From an uncultured virus (IMG/VR IMGVR_UViG_2808606498_000012) (Duplodnaviria; Heunggongvirae; Uroviricota; Caudoviricetes): 64,000 bases of DNA. Below, in pieces: positions 1-9,130 of the stretch. The stretch's first letter is position 1. Every line of letters begins with the position of its first letter. The stretch is taken from the IMG/VR virus record IMGVR_UViG_2808606498_000012. The stretch is one strand, 5' to 3'. The translations under genes were made by a program, and so were the position numbers. The notes below the pieces were generated by a model. It did not search any database, was not told the DNA's origin, and worked only from the letters and a program-made list of their open reading frames with translations.

Positions 1-1214
1 CTACAGCACCTTCATCCCCTGCCCCAGCGGGGATACGGCATACCAGGTGGCCAGCACCGCCACGCCCACCCGATTCGCACAGCCGGTCTTGTCCATGATG
101 TGTTTCAGGTGCTGCTTTACGGTGTTCTCCGAAATGGAGGCCAGCAGCGCAATCTCGGCGTTGCTCTTTCCCTTGCCGATCCATGCCGCCACCTGCCGCT
201 CCCTTTCGCTCAGCAGCGACATCACCCGCAACGCGTTGTGCCAGGTCTTCTCGGTATCGGCGACAGCCCGCATCAGCGTGCGATGCAGCACGGGCGTCAG
301 GTCGCGCAAGACTGACGCCAGGAAAGGCGCGTCGATCGAAGGCAACCGATGAAAACTNNNNNNNNNNNNNNNNNNNNNNNNNNNNNNNNNNNNNNNNNNN
401 NNNNNNNNNNNNNNNNNNNNNNNNNNNNNNNNNNNNNNNNNNNNNNNNNNNNNNNNNCGTCAGGTCGCGCAAGACTGACGCCAGGAAAGGCGCGTCGATC
501 GAAGGCAACCGATGAAAACTAAAATAGGTTCCGATGCAATGACCTTCGTCATAAATACCGTCGGCGACGGCGTTTCTCAGGTCGTCCATGATGAATTTGG
601 CCAGCCACACCCGATCGGTTTCGGCCGTTGGCGCGGCGGCATCGAAATANNNNNNNNNNNNNNNNNNNNNNNNNNNNNNNNNNNNNNNNNNNNNNNNNNN
701 NNNNNNNNNNNNNNNNNNNNNNNNNNNNNNNNNNNNNNNNNNNNNNNNNCGTCAGGTCGCGCAAGACTGACGCCAGGAAAGGCGCGTCGATCGAAGGCAA
801 CCGATGAAAACTGAAATAGGTTCCGATGCAATGACCTTCGTCATAAATACCGTCGGCGACGGCGTTTCTCAGGTCGTGCATGATGAATTTGGCCAGCCAC
901 ACCCGATCGGTTTCGGCCGTTGGCGCGGCGGCATCGAAATATACCGGGCTGCGCGTGGCGAACCAGCGCCGCATCAGAGGCGTATCGATTCCACCGGCCA
1001 CATTCTGGATGGCCGCCAGATACTCGATCGGAAAATCGACCGTGACGATATGGTCCATCAGGACGCCGGCAGAGGTGATCCGGCCATGACTGCAGACCAT
1101 GCACTGGTTTTTCAGGATGGCGCCGACGTGATTGCGGACCCACGCCTTGAATTCATCGATGTTCGGAACGGCCTCCGCCGCCGCGAGGCAGTGCTCAATG
1201 ACATTAATTTGCAT
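1..1214 (-). CDS. LuxR-family transcriptional regulator (N-terminal ligand-binding-like domain, C-terminal HTH), about 250 aa when 750-1214 and 1-357 are merged; interrupted by two gaps with redundant overlaps
   Basis: C-terminal LSERERQVAAWIGKGKSNAEIALLASISENTVKQHLKHIMDK is a LuxR HTH; contigs overlap on the LPSIDAPFLASVLRDLT segment. Confidence 0.85.
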
Positions 1215-1729
1215 TTTTCTTATGGATTCCCGTCCCTGTCCCTCATTTTATCCGAGGCACCCCACACCGAGACCGGTCGATTATCCACAAAAGACGCCCA
1301 CCCCCCTCTTCTCCCCCGAAAAACAATCTTCAAATCAGCATAATGAAATCAACCGGTTTCAATTCTACGGGAATGATGCATTTTCTAACTCTAAATTAAG
1401 GCATCATGCGCCCTGCACCTTTGTGCAACGCCAACGGCTCATGCACAGGATCTGGGTGCCTGCTGATCACCGTTTGTGGCGGAAGACCTCAACCGGCGTC
1501 GCCGAATGTCCGCATCGCCAGCCAATACGCGTGAGCAACAGTCCGCTGACTGGAGGCGATGCGCGATCACCGAGCATGCCTCTGCGCAAGGCCCGAGCCT
1601 GATTGCACGGATGCCACCCTGCCGCCATGACACGCATGGGGAGACCCACGCTCGTGGCGCAGGAGGCACTCTGGTGCCGACAACGATGCCGTTCGCCAAC
1701 GCGCCGCCCGCCGTCGGCGGTCAAGGGGG

Positions 1730-1757
1730 TTGGCTAGGCCGCCCGATGTGCTACAAT
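1730..1757 (+). promoter_or_regulatory. Putative sigma70 promoter of tRNA-Ser
   Basis: TTGGCT-N16-TACAAT with TG extended -10 and GC-rich discriminator, 11 nt before the tRNA. Confidence 0.55.
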
Positions 1758-1768
1758 CGCGGGCTTCC

Positions 1769-1859
1769 GGAGAGATGGATGAGTGGTTTAAGTCGCACGC
1801 CTGGAAAGCGTGTATAGGTTAATAGCCTATCGGGGGTTCGAATCCCCCTCTCTCCGCCA
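1769..1859 (+). tRNA. tRNA-Ser(GGA); probable attachment site of prophage A
   Basis: GGAGAGA acceptor arm pairing with TCTCTCC, anticodon arm CACGC-CTGGAAA-GCGTG, long variable arm, GGTTCGAATCC T-loop, encoded CCA. Confidence 0.97.
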
Positions 1860-2003
1860 GGATTCAATCTTGGCGATTCCCGCCAACTCCCAAACACCCC
1901 CGAAAACGCCGCCTGTACGCGGGTTTTGGGGGTAACGGCGTTCTTGCCGCCTCCCAGTGCCCCTCACATAATCCACCCATCAATTGTGGGTAGAAACGTG
2001 GGT

Positions 2004-3239
2004 ATGGCATCTTCCAGACAGATTCACCGCTTGAACGCCCTGCGCGTCGCCAAAGAAGTGGCGCCCGGCTACCACGCCGACGGCGGCGGCCTGTATCTCC
2101 AGATTTCGACGAGCGGGTCGCGCTCATGGATTTTTCGTTACTCCCTGGCGAAGCGGGCGCGGGAGATGGGCCTGGGTCCGCTGTCGGCGATCTCGCTGGC
2201 CGAGGCCCGCGCGCAGGCCGCCCACTGCCGCAAGCTGCTTGCCACCGGCATCGACCCGATCGAGAGTCGCAAGGAACGCGATCGCGCTGCCCAGGCCGCC
2301 CCTGACGGGTTGCTATTCCGCGACGCCGCCCGAGACTACATCAATGCCCACCGGGACAGCTGGAGGAACGCCAAGCACGCCCAGCAGTGGGAAAACACCC
2401 TTGAGACCTACGCCTACCCGGTCATCGGCGATGTGGACGTGCGCGACATCGACACGGGCATGGTCGTGCGCGTACTGCAACCCATCTGGATGAAGAAGGC
2501 GGAGACGGCCAGCCGCGTACGCGGGCGCATTGAGTGTGTGCTCGATGCCGCCAAGGTCCTTGGCAAGCGCAGCGGCGAGAACCCGGCGCTCTGGCGCGGC
2601 CACCTGGACAAGCTTCTGCCGAAACGCGATCGCGCCAAGAAGGTGAAACACCATCCCGCCCTGCCCTGGGCGGACATCCCCGGCTTCATGCCGGAACTTG
2701 CGGAACGCGCAGCCCCGGCGGCCCGCGTGCTGCACCTCCTCATCCTCACCTGTGTGCGCACAACCGAGGCACTGGAGGCCAAGCCGGAAGAGTTCGACCT
2801 GGAGCGGCGTATCTGGATCGTGCCGCCCGACCGGATGAAGATGGAAAAGGAGCTGCGCGTGCCGCTGAGCGAGCCGGCGGTGCAGATCGTGAAAGAAGCG
2901 CTGAAGAAGGCCGACGGCTACCTGTTCCCCGGCCAGAAGAAAGGCAAGCCGCTATCGAACATGGCCATGCTGAACATGCTCGACCGCATGGGCTACGAAG
3001 GGATCACCGTGCACGGCTTCCGGTCGACGTTCCGCGACTGGGTGGCCGAGTGCACCGAATACCCAGACTCGCTCGCCGAGATGGCGCTGGCGCACGCAGT
3101 GGAAAGCAAGGTGGAAGGCGCCTACCGCCGGGGGGACATGCTTGAGCGGCGGCGCCGGATGATGGAAGACTGGGCCCGCTATTGCAGCGGGCAAACGGGT
3201 GTAGTGGTGCCGCTCAAGCGAGAGGCTTCAGCGGCGTGA
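2004..3239 (+). CDS. int: P4-like tyrosine integrase
   Basis: Arm-binding N-terminus (DGGGLYLQISTSGSRSWIFRY), catalytic R..K..HGFR..LAH..Y; directly downstream of tRNA; tandem GTGGGTA repeats just before the ATG. Confidence 0.95.
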   Translation: MASSRQIHRLNALRVAKEVAPGYHADGGGLYLQISTSGSRSWIFRYSLAKRAREMGLGPLSAISLAEARAQAAHCRKLLATGIDPIESRKERDRAAQAAPDGLLFRDAARDYINAHRDSWRNAKHAQQWENTLETYAYPVIGDVDVRDIDTGMVVRVLQPIWMKKAETASRVRGRIECVLDAAKVLGKRSGENPALWRGHLDKLLPKRDRAKKVKHHPALPWADIPGFMPELAERAAPAARVLHLLILTCVRTTEALEAKPEEFDLERRIWIVPPDRMKMEKELRVPLSEPAVQIVKEALKKADGYLFPGQKKGKPLSNMAMLNMLDRMGYEGITVHGFRSTFRDWVAECTEYPDSLAEMALAHAVESKVEGAYRRGDMLERRRRMMEDWARYCSGQTGVVVPLKREASAA

Positions 3240-3429
3240 CGCCCGGCTTTGGTATTGGCCTGCCGGCCTTCATGGCAAGCCAGGCGTCGATGTCTTCGTC
3301 CAGCCAGGCGGTACGGTTGCCGCCGAGCGAGAACGGCTTGGGAAACTCGCCCTTGGTGATCATACGATAGATCGTAGATTGGCCGAGGGAAACCTTCTCG
3401 GCGACTTGCTTGATGTTGATGGCTTTCAT
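3214..3429 (-). CDS. alpA: AlpA-family regulator / recombination directionality factor
   Basis: MKAINIKQVAEKVSLGQSTIYRMITKGEFPKPFSLGGNRTAW; convergent on integrase; ATGA overlap with primase stop. Confidence 0.9.
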   Translation of the reverse strand: MKAINIKQVAEKVSLGQSTIYRMITKGEFPKPFSLGGNRTAWLDEDIDAWLAMKAGRPIPKPGVTPLKPLA

Positions 3430-6131
3430 GCGGCGCTTCCGTTGTTGTTGCGTTGCTTTGTTGATCCTGACTCGAACACCCAGCACTTGACCGTCTCCGG
3501 CCGCTTGGGCAGGTGCAGGTGTTCGCGGTTGTGATAGGCATTGATGGCGCTGTTGACGGCGCGGATGTCCACAAACTTGCGCTGGCGCGAGGTCTTCAGC
3601 ACGCGCTTGAGATCCTCGATGGGTGGCAGCTCGATACGCCGCTCGCCTGCGGCCTGTGCCATGTGCTGCAGGTTGATTGCAACCAGGCCGGCCCCGCGCG
3701 CGTGGTTGAGGATCGGCCGATCGTCGTCGGCCGACTCGATGAAGTCGTAGACCTCCCAAAACTGTTGGACATGCTTGTGGTCCGCGCTGATGGCCTGCTG
3801 ACGCGCGGCGACCATGCGCCCCAGTTCGGCCAAGCCGGCGGCGTGCTGCTCGTCGGTCAGTGGCAAGACCAGGCGCAGGGCATCGACCATCGCCATGATC
3901 TGGGCGTGGTTCTTCGCAAGGCGCACCGTTTTCACATCAGCGCGCGCTAACAGGGCGTTCTCGTGCTGAGACACGCGGGCGTCGAAGGTCTCCAGCACTT
4001 GCTTCTCCGCCATCACGGCCGCCAGAAGAAAACCGGACACCTCCTCGATGGCGATGCGCTCCAGAGCCTCGGCGGCGGCGCGCGTTGCCGGCGTCTGCGC
4101 AGACCGGTCGCAGTAGATGTGCACGATGCGCTGAAGCACCGCATCGCTCGCGCTCACTTCCGCGTTCTGGCTGATGACGATGGCGCCCCTGAAAGGGGGT
4201 TCGTAGGTTTCGTTCCCGCCATTCTTGACGCCACGTGCGCGGGTGCTGCGGCCGTTGTAGGCCGTCTTCAGTTCGTCCCAGTCGAAGCCGCGCTGCTTGG
4301 CCCCCTCCTCGCCCCGGTCTGCCTCGATCAGCACCACCGGAAGGTTGGACACCTGCGCGAAGTTCCGCGCGCGCGCCGCCAGGGACGACTTGCTGGGGTC
4401 GAAGCCCTCGTAATCGCGTCGGCCGCACAGCTTCCAGAGAAATTCAATCAGCGTAGTCTTACCGGCCCCAGGCTCGCCGACCAGCTCCAGGAATGGATAG
4501 CTCTTGTGGGACTGGCGGATCTGCTCCGCGAATAGGCTCCCGAACCAAAAGGCGAGCGCCACCAAGCCCTTCGCGCCGAAGGCTTGCCACAACAGCGGCA
4601 GCCAGTCGGCCGGTGCCGCCTTGCCATCAGCGTTGAGAGTCAGGGTAGCGGACTGGCTGATCGTCTTGATCGCCAGCTTGCCGATGTCGAAAAAATCCTC
4701 GTCATTGAGGCGGTACAGCCGGCCGTCCTTGACGGCGACATCGCCGTAGACGTAGCAGCCGTGCTCTTTGCTGTAGCCCATGTAATCGATGGTCTGCACG
4801 GTCGGGATGCGCGCGAGCTGGCGTGCGAGGTAGCCGTCGAGCTGGGTGCCCGTGCCGGTATACATGGCACCCGGCGCCACGCCCAGCAGGCGCTTCTTGA
4901 ACTCGCTACTGCTGGCGATCTGCGCACTGGTGAAGGTCGCCTTGATCGGCTCGCCATCGTGCGGAAAGGCCACGCGGAAGTAGTACCAGGACTCGTCGGT
5001 TTGCGGGCTGGCCTGGTAGTAGAGCGCGGTGGGCTGACAGTTGGCGACCATCTGCACCACGCCGGCGCGCAGCACGGCGTGCTCGCGCACTTCGCCGTCG
5101 GGCATGTCCGGGTGGGCTTCGCGCACCGCGGCAGTTTCGCGCTGGAAGGCGTCCAGCTCCAGCTTGAACCAGTACGACCGTTGCCGGTAGTCGAACGGGA
5201 ATTGCGCGTCGCCCGTGCGGTGGTAGATCAGGCGGGCCTTCTCGGATGGGCTGGCAGCGGTGAACAGGTCGCCCAGATAGCGATATTCCTCCACGTGTTG
5301 CGGCGACAGCCGGTCACGTAGATGCAGCTCGTTCCAATCCATTTTGACCTTGCCCATCTGCTTGGGCAGCGCGGCGGAGGCGGCCCAACCGTCTGCCCTG
5401 GCGCGCTCGATGTGCTGGGCCATGTAACGGCGCCCCGCACGGTCATCGTCGAGTGCCCAGACAAGACGCGGGCGAGACCGACCGGTAGCCGCGCACTGCT
5501 CTGCCAAAGCGGCCAGCGCAGCGCGCGGATAGTTGACGCACGAAAGCAAGGCTGCGGCGGCGATACCGTGATGCAGGAGCGCGATCGCATCGAAGATGCC
5601 CTCCACCAGCCACAGTTCGCCGGCCTCGGATGACAGGTTGGGCGGCTGCCACCAGGTGCCGCCATACTGCCCGCAGAAGGTGGCCTTACGGTCGCCGAAC
5701 CGTTCAGGCTGGTCGATGATGCGCTCCCAGTACGTTCCGGCAGCCAGCGGGAAGCGTACTGTCGCGCTGCCAATCTTCAGTTCGTGGCTGTAGTAGCTCT
5801 CCTGCACGTACCAGCCGGCGATGCGTGCCAGATCAAAGCCACGGGCGTCGCGCAGGTAGGCATCCGCAGCGGCGTTGGGCGTTTCTGGCGAACGCACATA
5901 GCGGTCGCTCCACGAAGCGAACAGCTCGGGATATAGCTCTTTGACGTGCAGCTCGGACGCACATTTGTTGAGGCGGTTGCAGCGGACGACCCAGGGGGTG
6001 GCGGAGAAGGCCCACAGCGAGCGCTTGCCGCAGGACGGGCATTGCCCACCCTCCAGCTTGTTGTTGCGCTCCTTGAAATCGTAGTCGCGCAACAGGCGGA
6101 AAACGATGTCGGCGGCAAGGGGTGCGTTCAT
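3426..6131 (-). CDS. Zn-finger/Toprim primase-helicase replication protein (901 aa)
   Basis: CPSC..CNRLNKC zinc finger, Toprim VEGIFDA and DDDRAG, Walker A GEPGAGKT. Confidence 0.9.
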   Translation of the reverse strand: MNAPLAADIVFRLLRDYDFKERNNKLEGGQCPSCGKRSLWAFSATPWVVRCNRLNKCASELHVKELYPELFASWSDRYVRSPETPNAAADAYLRDARGFDLARIAGWYVQESYYSHELKIGSATVRFPLAAGTYWERIIDQPERFGDRKATFCGQYGGTWWQPPNLSSEAGELWLVEGIFDAIALLHHGIAAAALLSCVNYPRAALAALAEQCAATGRSRPRLVWALDDDRAGRRYMAQHIERARADGWAASAALPKQMGKVKMDWNELHLRDRLSPQHVEEYRYLGDLFTAASPSEKARLIYHRTGDAQFPFDYRQRSYWFKLELDAFQRETAAVREAHPDMPDGEVREHAVLRAGVVQMVANCQPTALYYQASPQTDESWYYFRVAFPHDGEPIKATFTSAQIASSSEFKKRLLGVAPGAMYTGTGTQLDGYLARQLARIPTVQTIDYMGYSKEHGCYVYGDVAVKDGRLYRLNDEDFFDIGKLAIKTISQSATLTLNADGKAAPADWLPLLWQAFGAKGLVALAFWFGSLFAEQIRQSHKSYPFLELVGEPGAGKTTLIEFLWKLCGRRDYEGFDPSKSSLAARARNFAQVSNLPVVLIEADRGEEGAKQRGFDWDELKTAYNGRSTRARGVKNGGNETYEPPFRGAIVISQNAEVSASDAVLQRIVHIYCDRSAQTPATRAAAEALERIAIEEVSGFLLAAVMAEKQVLETFDARVSQHENALLARADVKTVRLAKNHAQIMAMVDALRLVLPLTDEQHAAGLAELGRMVAARQQAISADHKHVQQFWEVYDFIESADDDRPILNHARGAGLVAINLQHMAQAAGERRIELPPIEDLKRVLKTSRQRKFVDIRAVNSAINAYHNREHLHLPKRPETVKCWVFESGSTKQRNNNGSAA

Positions 6132-6163
6132 TTTGCGGCGTATTGATGTTCTATACGTGAGAG

Positions 6164-6376
6164 TCAGTCGTCCAAGTCGCCGGCGGCGCGGCGCTTGAGG
6201 TCGACGGTGGGTGGATTGCTCGAGCGCGGGCGCCGGCGGAACTTGGGCGCCAGCGCACTTGCGGCCGCGGTGACTGCCGCCCGCAGTTGGGGCGGCATGG
6301 CCTCGTAGGGAGTGGTCAGACGCAGAAAGCGGTGAGCCCACCGCACGTCCGATTCGGTGACGGCGTGTTTAGCCAT
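6164..6376 (-). CDS. Small phage early protein
   Basis: Coupled ORF in early operon; C-terminus VDLKRRAAGDLDD conserved at 17436-17490. Confidence 0.7.
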   Translation of the reverse strand: MAKHAVTESDVRWAHRFLRLTTPYEAMPPQLRAAVTAAASALAPKFRRRPRSSNPPTVDLKRRAAGDLDD

Positions 6377-6605
6377 GGCAGCGGCTCCCGAAGCCCTTCC
6401 ACACGCCGTGGCCGTAGCACAGCGTGAAGAAAACACTGGCCGTGAACATCCCGCCCTCGCCGCTCACGTGCGTCAGGTACAGCCAGGCTGGCTGGCCCAG
6501 CAAGCCAACCAGCGAGCCCCAGCGCTGGGTGCGCTGGTCGTAGTTCATCAGGGCCACCGACACCATGGCCGACAGCAGCATCCAGAGGTCAACGAGGGCG
6601 AGCAT
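6369..6605 (-). CDS. Small membrane protein
   Basis: Hydrophobic 78-aa ORF overlapping both neighbours. Confidence 0.6.
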   Translation of the reverse strand: MLALVDLWMLLSAMVSVALMNYDQRTQRWGSLVGLLGQPAWLYLTHVSGEGGMFTASVFFTLCYGHGVWKGFGSRCHG

Positions 6606-6811
6606 CACAGCACCTCCCGGAAGAGACACAGTGCTGCGAGGGCAACGACGAAAGGAGCCGCCGCCGCGCACAGCATGTGGCGGCAGCCGTGCTTCGTTTC
6701 GCATTGCTCGATGGACGCGGCGGTTCGGGTCACCCAGACGCAGAACACCCCGACGCTAGCAACCATGGCTGCCAGCGTGACAGCGAGGACGACGGCCTGT
6801 GCGGTAGTCAT
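6605..6811 (-). CDS. Small membrane protein (2 TM)
   Basis: Two hydrophobic stretches; stop/start overlaps. Confidence 0.6.
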   Translation of the reverse strand: MTTAQAVVLAVTLAAMVASVGVFCVWVTRTAASIEQCETKHGCRHMLCAAAAPFVVALAALCLFREVL

Positions 6812-6972
6812 ACCGTCCTCCCGATCGGGCGGGCGGTCCCGCTGCAGGCGTGCATGCCTTGCGCTTCCAGGGCGCCCAGCACGCGAACGATTGCGTCGAA
6901 GCTTGACACAGCGATGGTGGCGACCGACAGCAGCTGGCCACCGGTGACAACACGTACGAGGAAGGGTTTCAT
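6808..6972 (-). CDS. Hypothetical phage protein
   Basis: 54-aa ORF with GGAGG-like RBS and ATGA overlaps. Confidence 0.55.
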   Translation of the reverse strand: MKPFLVRVVTGGQLLSVATIAVSSFDAIVRVLGALEAQGMHACSGTARPIGRTV

Positions 6973-7202
6973 GCGACCACCTCTTCGGGCGACGGGAGCA
7001 CTACGGCTTCGCCGGCGGCCAAGGCCGTGCAGCCTTCCCCCAGGTGGATTGTCAACTTCAAGGGGGAGCCATCTTTCATGCAGATGGTGACGTCCTGCGT
7101 GGCGAAAACTCGTGTCTCGTCGTTGTAGACATACTTGCCGAAGTGCACAGGTCCGACTTCGACTCTTTCGGCCAAGCACAGGGAGGTGTGAATGATTGGC
7201 AT
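6969..7202 (-). CDS. Hypothetical phage protein
   Basis: MPIIHTSLCLAERVEV..., GGAG RBS, coupled to next ORF. Confidence 0.6.
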   Translation of the reverse strand: MPIIHTSLCLAERVEVGPVHFGKYVYNDETRVFATQDVTICMKDGSPLKLTIHLGEGCTALAAGEAVVLPSPEEVVA

Positions 7203-7246
7203 GGCGAAACTCCGGGGCAAAGCCGCGTGGGCGGCGGTTTTTGGGC

Positions 7247-7293
7247 AAAAAAAACCCCTCACGCCTTGCAAGGCGCGAAAAAAACGTGAGGGG
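7247..7293 (-). terminator. Putative intrinsic terminator/attenuator downstream of ogr
   Basis: 9-bp arms CCCCTCACG (7255-7263) and CGTGAGGGG (7285-7293) followed by T8 on the minus strand. Confidence 0.5.
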
Positions 7294-7316
7294 AAGAGGA
7301 TTAGGGGGCTACGCCG

Positions 7317-7565
7317 TCAGCCGGGCAGCAGGTCGAGCTGGCGCGGGTTTCCGGGCAGCAAGCGGGCGCGGCCGGCGGGGAGGAAAGCCTTCGGGTTCGG
7401 CTTCATGCTCGGCGCGATGGTGTTGACAGCGGAGAGAATGGCCCGACAGGTGTAGGCGCATTCCACGTCGGGGCACTGGAAATACAGCTCGCGCGACAGC
7501 AGCGACAACTCGCGGCTGGTGCGGATGTGCATGCGAGCGGCGCAATGCGGGCACGTCATTTTCAT
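7317..7565 (-). CDS. ogr: Ogr/Delta-family zinc-finger late-gene activator
   Basis: CPHC..IRTSR..RELYFQCPDVECAYT, the Ogr C-x2-C-x22-C-x4-C pattern. Confidence 0.92.
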   Translation of the reverse strand: MKMTCPHCAARMHIRTSRELSLLSRELYFQCPDVECAYTCRAILSAVNTIAPSMKPNPKAFLPAGRARLLPGNPRQLDLLPG

Positions 7566-7756
7566 TGCTTGATCTCCAGGGGAACTACAAGCCGCAGGGA
7601 GCGGCGCTTACCGGTCATACGTTCGGCGGTGTTTCTAAGGGATGTCTTCACGAGCCATTCAGCGGCCTGTTGAGTGGAGGCAAGGCCTTGCTGTTGGCGC
7701 ACCTGCTCCAACACCTGCAGCTCCTCTTCGGTGATACACAGCTCAATCTCCGACAT
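7562..7756 (-). CDS. Small phage protein, possibly DNA-binding
   Basis: 64-aa ORF coupled to ogr. Confidence 0.65.
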   Translation of the reverse strand: MSEIELCITEEELQVLEQVRQQQGLASTQQAAEWLVKTSLRNTAERMTGKRRSLRLVVPLEIKQ

Positions 7757-7784
7757 CGTTTCAGCGGCTACTTGGCGTCTTCAG

Positions 7785-7976
7785 TTAAGCGCTGCGCGGC
7801 TCTACAGTGGAATCACCGGCGCACAGTTGCGTTGCTTCCTTGAGCAAAACGCGACGGGCGAGCGCCGCAGGTTGCTCACCAACAAGGTTGGCCAGCGAGA
7901 TAAAAAAGGCGAACTCGTAGTCATCAAGTCGGATGGTGATGCGGTGGTCGCGCACCTTCTTCGGATCGGGATACAT
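7785..7976 (-). CDS. Small phage protein, ribbon-helix-helix-like
   Basis: MYPDPKKVRDHRITIRLDDYE, beta-strand then helices. Confidence 0.65.
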   Translation of the reverse strand: MYPDPKKVRDHRITIRLDDYEFAFFISLANLVGEQPAALARRVLLKEATQLCAGDSTVEPRSA

Positions 7977-8002
7977 GGAGGTCTGGCGTGGTGTAAGTGC
8001 GG

Positions 8003-8200
8003 TCAGGTGGCGCTGGACGAACGGCTATCTCGGTCGGCCATGCCCTGAACAATGAGGTGGCGGGCCATGTTGGACAGCGTACGACCCTCCTTCTGGGCCT
8101 GCGCTTTCAGCTTTGCCAAGTGCTCGGGCTCCAGGTTCACCAGCACGCGCGAGCGGGCACCAGTTGGACAGCGCTCCCGCGGAACATCAGCAGTAGTCAT
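8003..8200 (-). CDS. Arc/CopG ribbon-helix-helix regulator (Cro-equivalent position)
   Basis: RVLVNLEPEHLAKLKAQAQKEGRTLSNMARHLIVQG; first gene of early operon, divergent from repressor. Confidence 0.75.
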   Translation of the reverse strand: MTTADVPRERCPTGARSRVLVNLEPEHLAKLKAQAQKEGRTLSNMARHLIVQGMADRDSRSSSAT

Positions 8201-8237
8201 GGTGATATTCTCAGTGAGTACATTGGAATCACACGCA

Positions 8238-8265
8238 ATTATGCACACGAATGTGTGCATGTCAA
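8238..8265 (-). promoter_or_regulatory. Early (lytic) promoter with overlapping palindromic operator
   Basis: Minus strand TTGACA-N16-CATAAT; ATGCACAC-GAAT-GTGTGCAT inverted repeat at 8241-8260. Confidence 0.75.
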
Positions 8266-8717
8266 CAGAATTGGACACACAAACGTCAACCATTGGGGGC
8301 CGGCTGCGCGAGGAACGTAAGCGGCTAGGTCATAGCCAATCCCAGTTCGCAGAGCTGGCTGGCGTCCACAAGAATGCGCAAGGCAACTATGAAAGCGACC
8401 TACGCAGGCCTGACACGGACTATCTGGTGCAGATAGCGCAGGCTGGTGTGGACGTGCCCTACGTGTTGTTCGGCGAGCATTCCAGCGCGAGCTTGGCTCC
8501 GGATGAGGCCATGCTGCTGCATGGGTGGCGCCGGCTGGATAAGCGTGCCCGCGCAGGCGTGCTGGCGCTCATGGGTGGACTGGAAGAGGTAGACGAACCG
8601 GTCCCCGCGACGAAGACGCGGGCTTCCGGCCGCGCCCAGGTCATCAACGGCGGTTCGAACAACGTGCAAATCGGCAGCGTCAAGACGGGACGACGCAAGG
8701 CCGCTAAGACGCAGTGA
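8259..8717 (+). CDS. XRE-family prophage repressor (alternative start 8241)
   Basis: IGGRLREERKRLGHSQSQFAELAGVHKNAQGNYESDLRRPD HTH; no S24 peptidase domain; NVQIG tail. Confidence 0.9.
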   Translation: MSTELDTQTSTIGGRLREERKRLGHSQSQFAELAGVHKNAQGNYESDLRRPDTDYLVQIAQAGVDVPYVLFGEHSSASLAPDEAMLLHGWRRLDKRARAGVLALMGGLEEVDEPVPATKTRASGRAQVINGGSNNVQIGSVKTGRRKAAKTQ

Positions 8718-8779
8718 GTGCCTTGGGGCGCTACAAGCTGCCGGAATCCCCCAGATGCCGGGGAAAGGGAGGGGATGCT

Positions 8780-9130
8780 GTGGCGGCCCCGACGTGCAAG
8801 GAATGTGGGACCGAGCTTGCCAGCCGGGTAAAGTCGTGCCCGCATTGCGGCGCGCCAAGTCCAGGCGTTACGCCTCAACGTGCGCTGGTGTGGCTCGTCG
8901 CCTTTTTTACGGCTGGAGGCCTTGTGGCCGGCGTTGCAAGCTGCTGGCCTGACATAGCTGAAGCTGCGTCGTCAGCCTGGAGACTGCACGTCGTTACGAG
9001 TCTTTTTGGCGCCGGTGTGTGGGGCTCGCAGGGTGCGCTGGCTCCGCCTGCATCTGAGACCAATAGGCGTGCCAATCCGCTACCGTCGTCCACAACGCAG
9101 CCCGCAATTGAGAATTGCTCAGGGCGATAA
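8780..9130 (+). CDS. Zinc-ribbon membrane protein downstream of repressor
   Basis: CKECG..CPHCG then hydrophobic helix; GGGAGG RBS before GTG. Confidence 0.65.
   Translation: MAAPTCKECGTELASRVKSCPHCGAPSPGVTPQRALVWLVAFFTAGGLVAGVASCWPDIAEAASSAWRLHVVTSLFGAGVWGSQGALAPPASETNRRANPLPSSTTQPAIENCSGR

Noticed and set aside
298..948. Apparent tandem repeats within the luxR gene
   Set aside because: Redundant contig ends around 100-N gaps; the few mismatches could be edge errors
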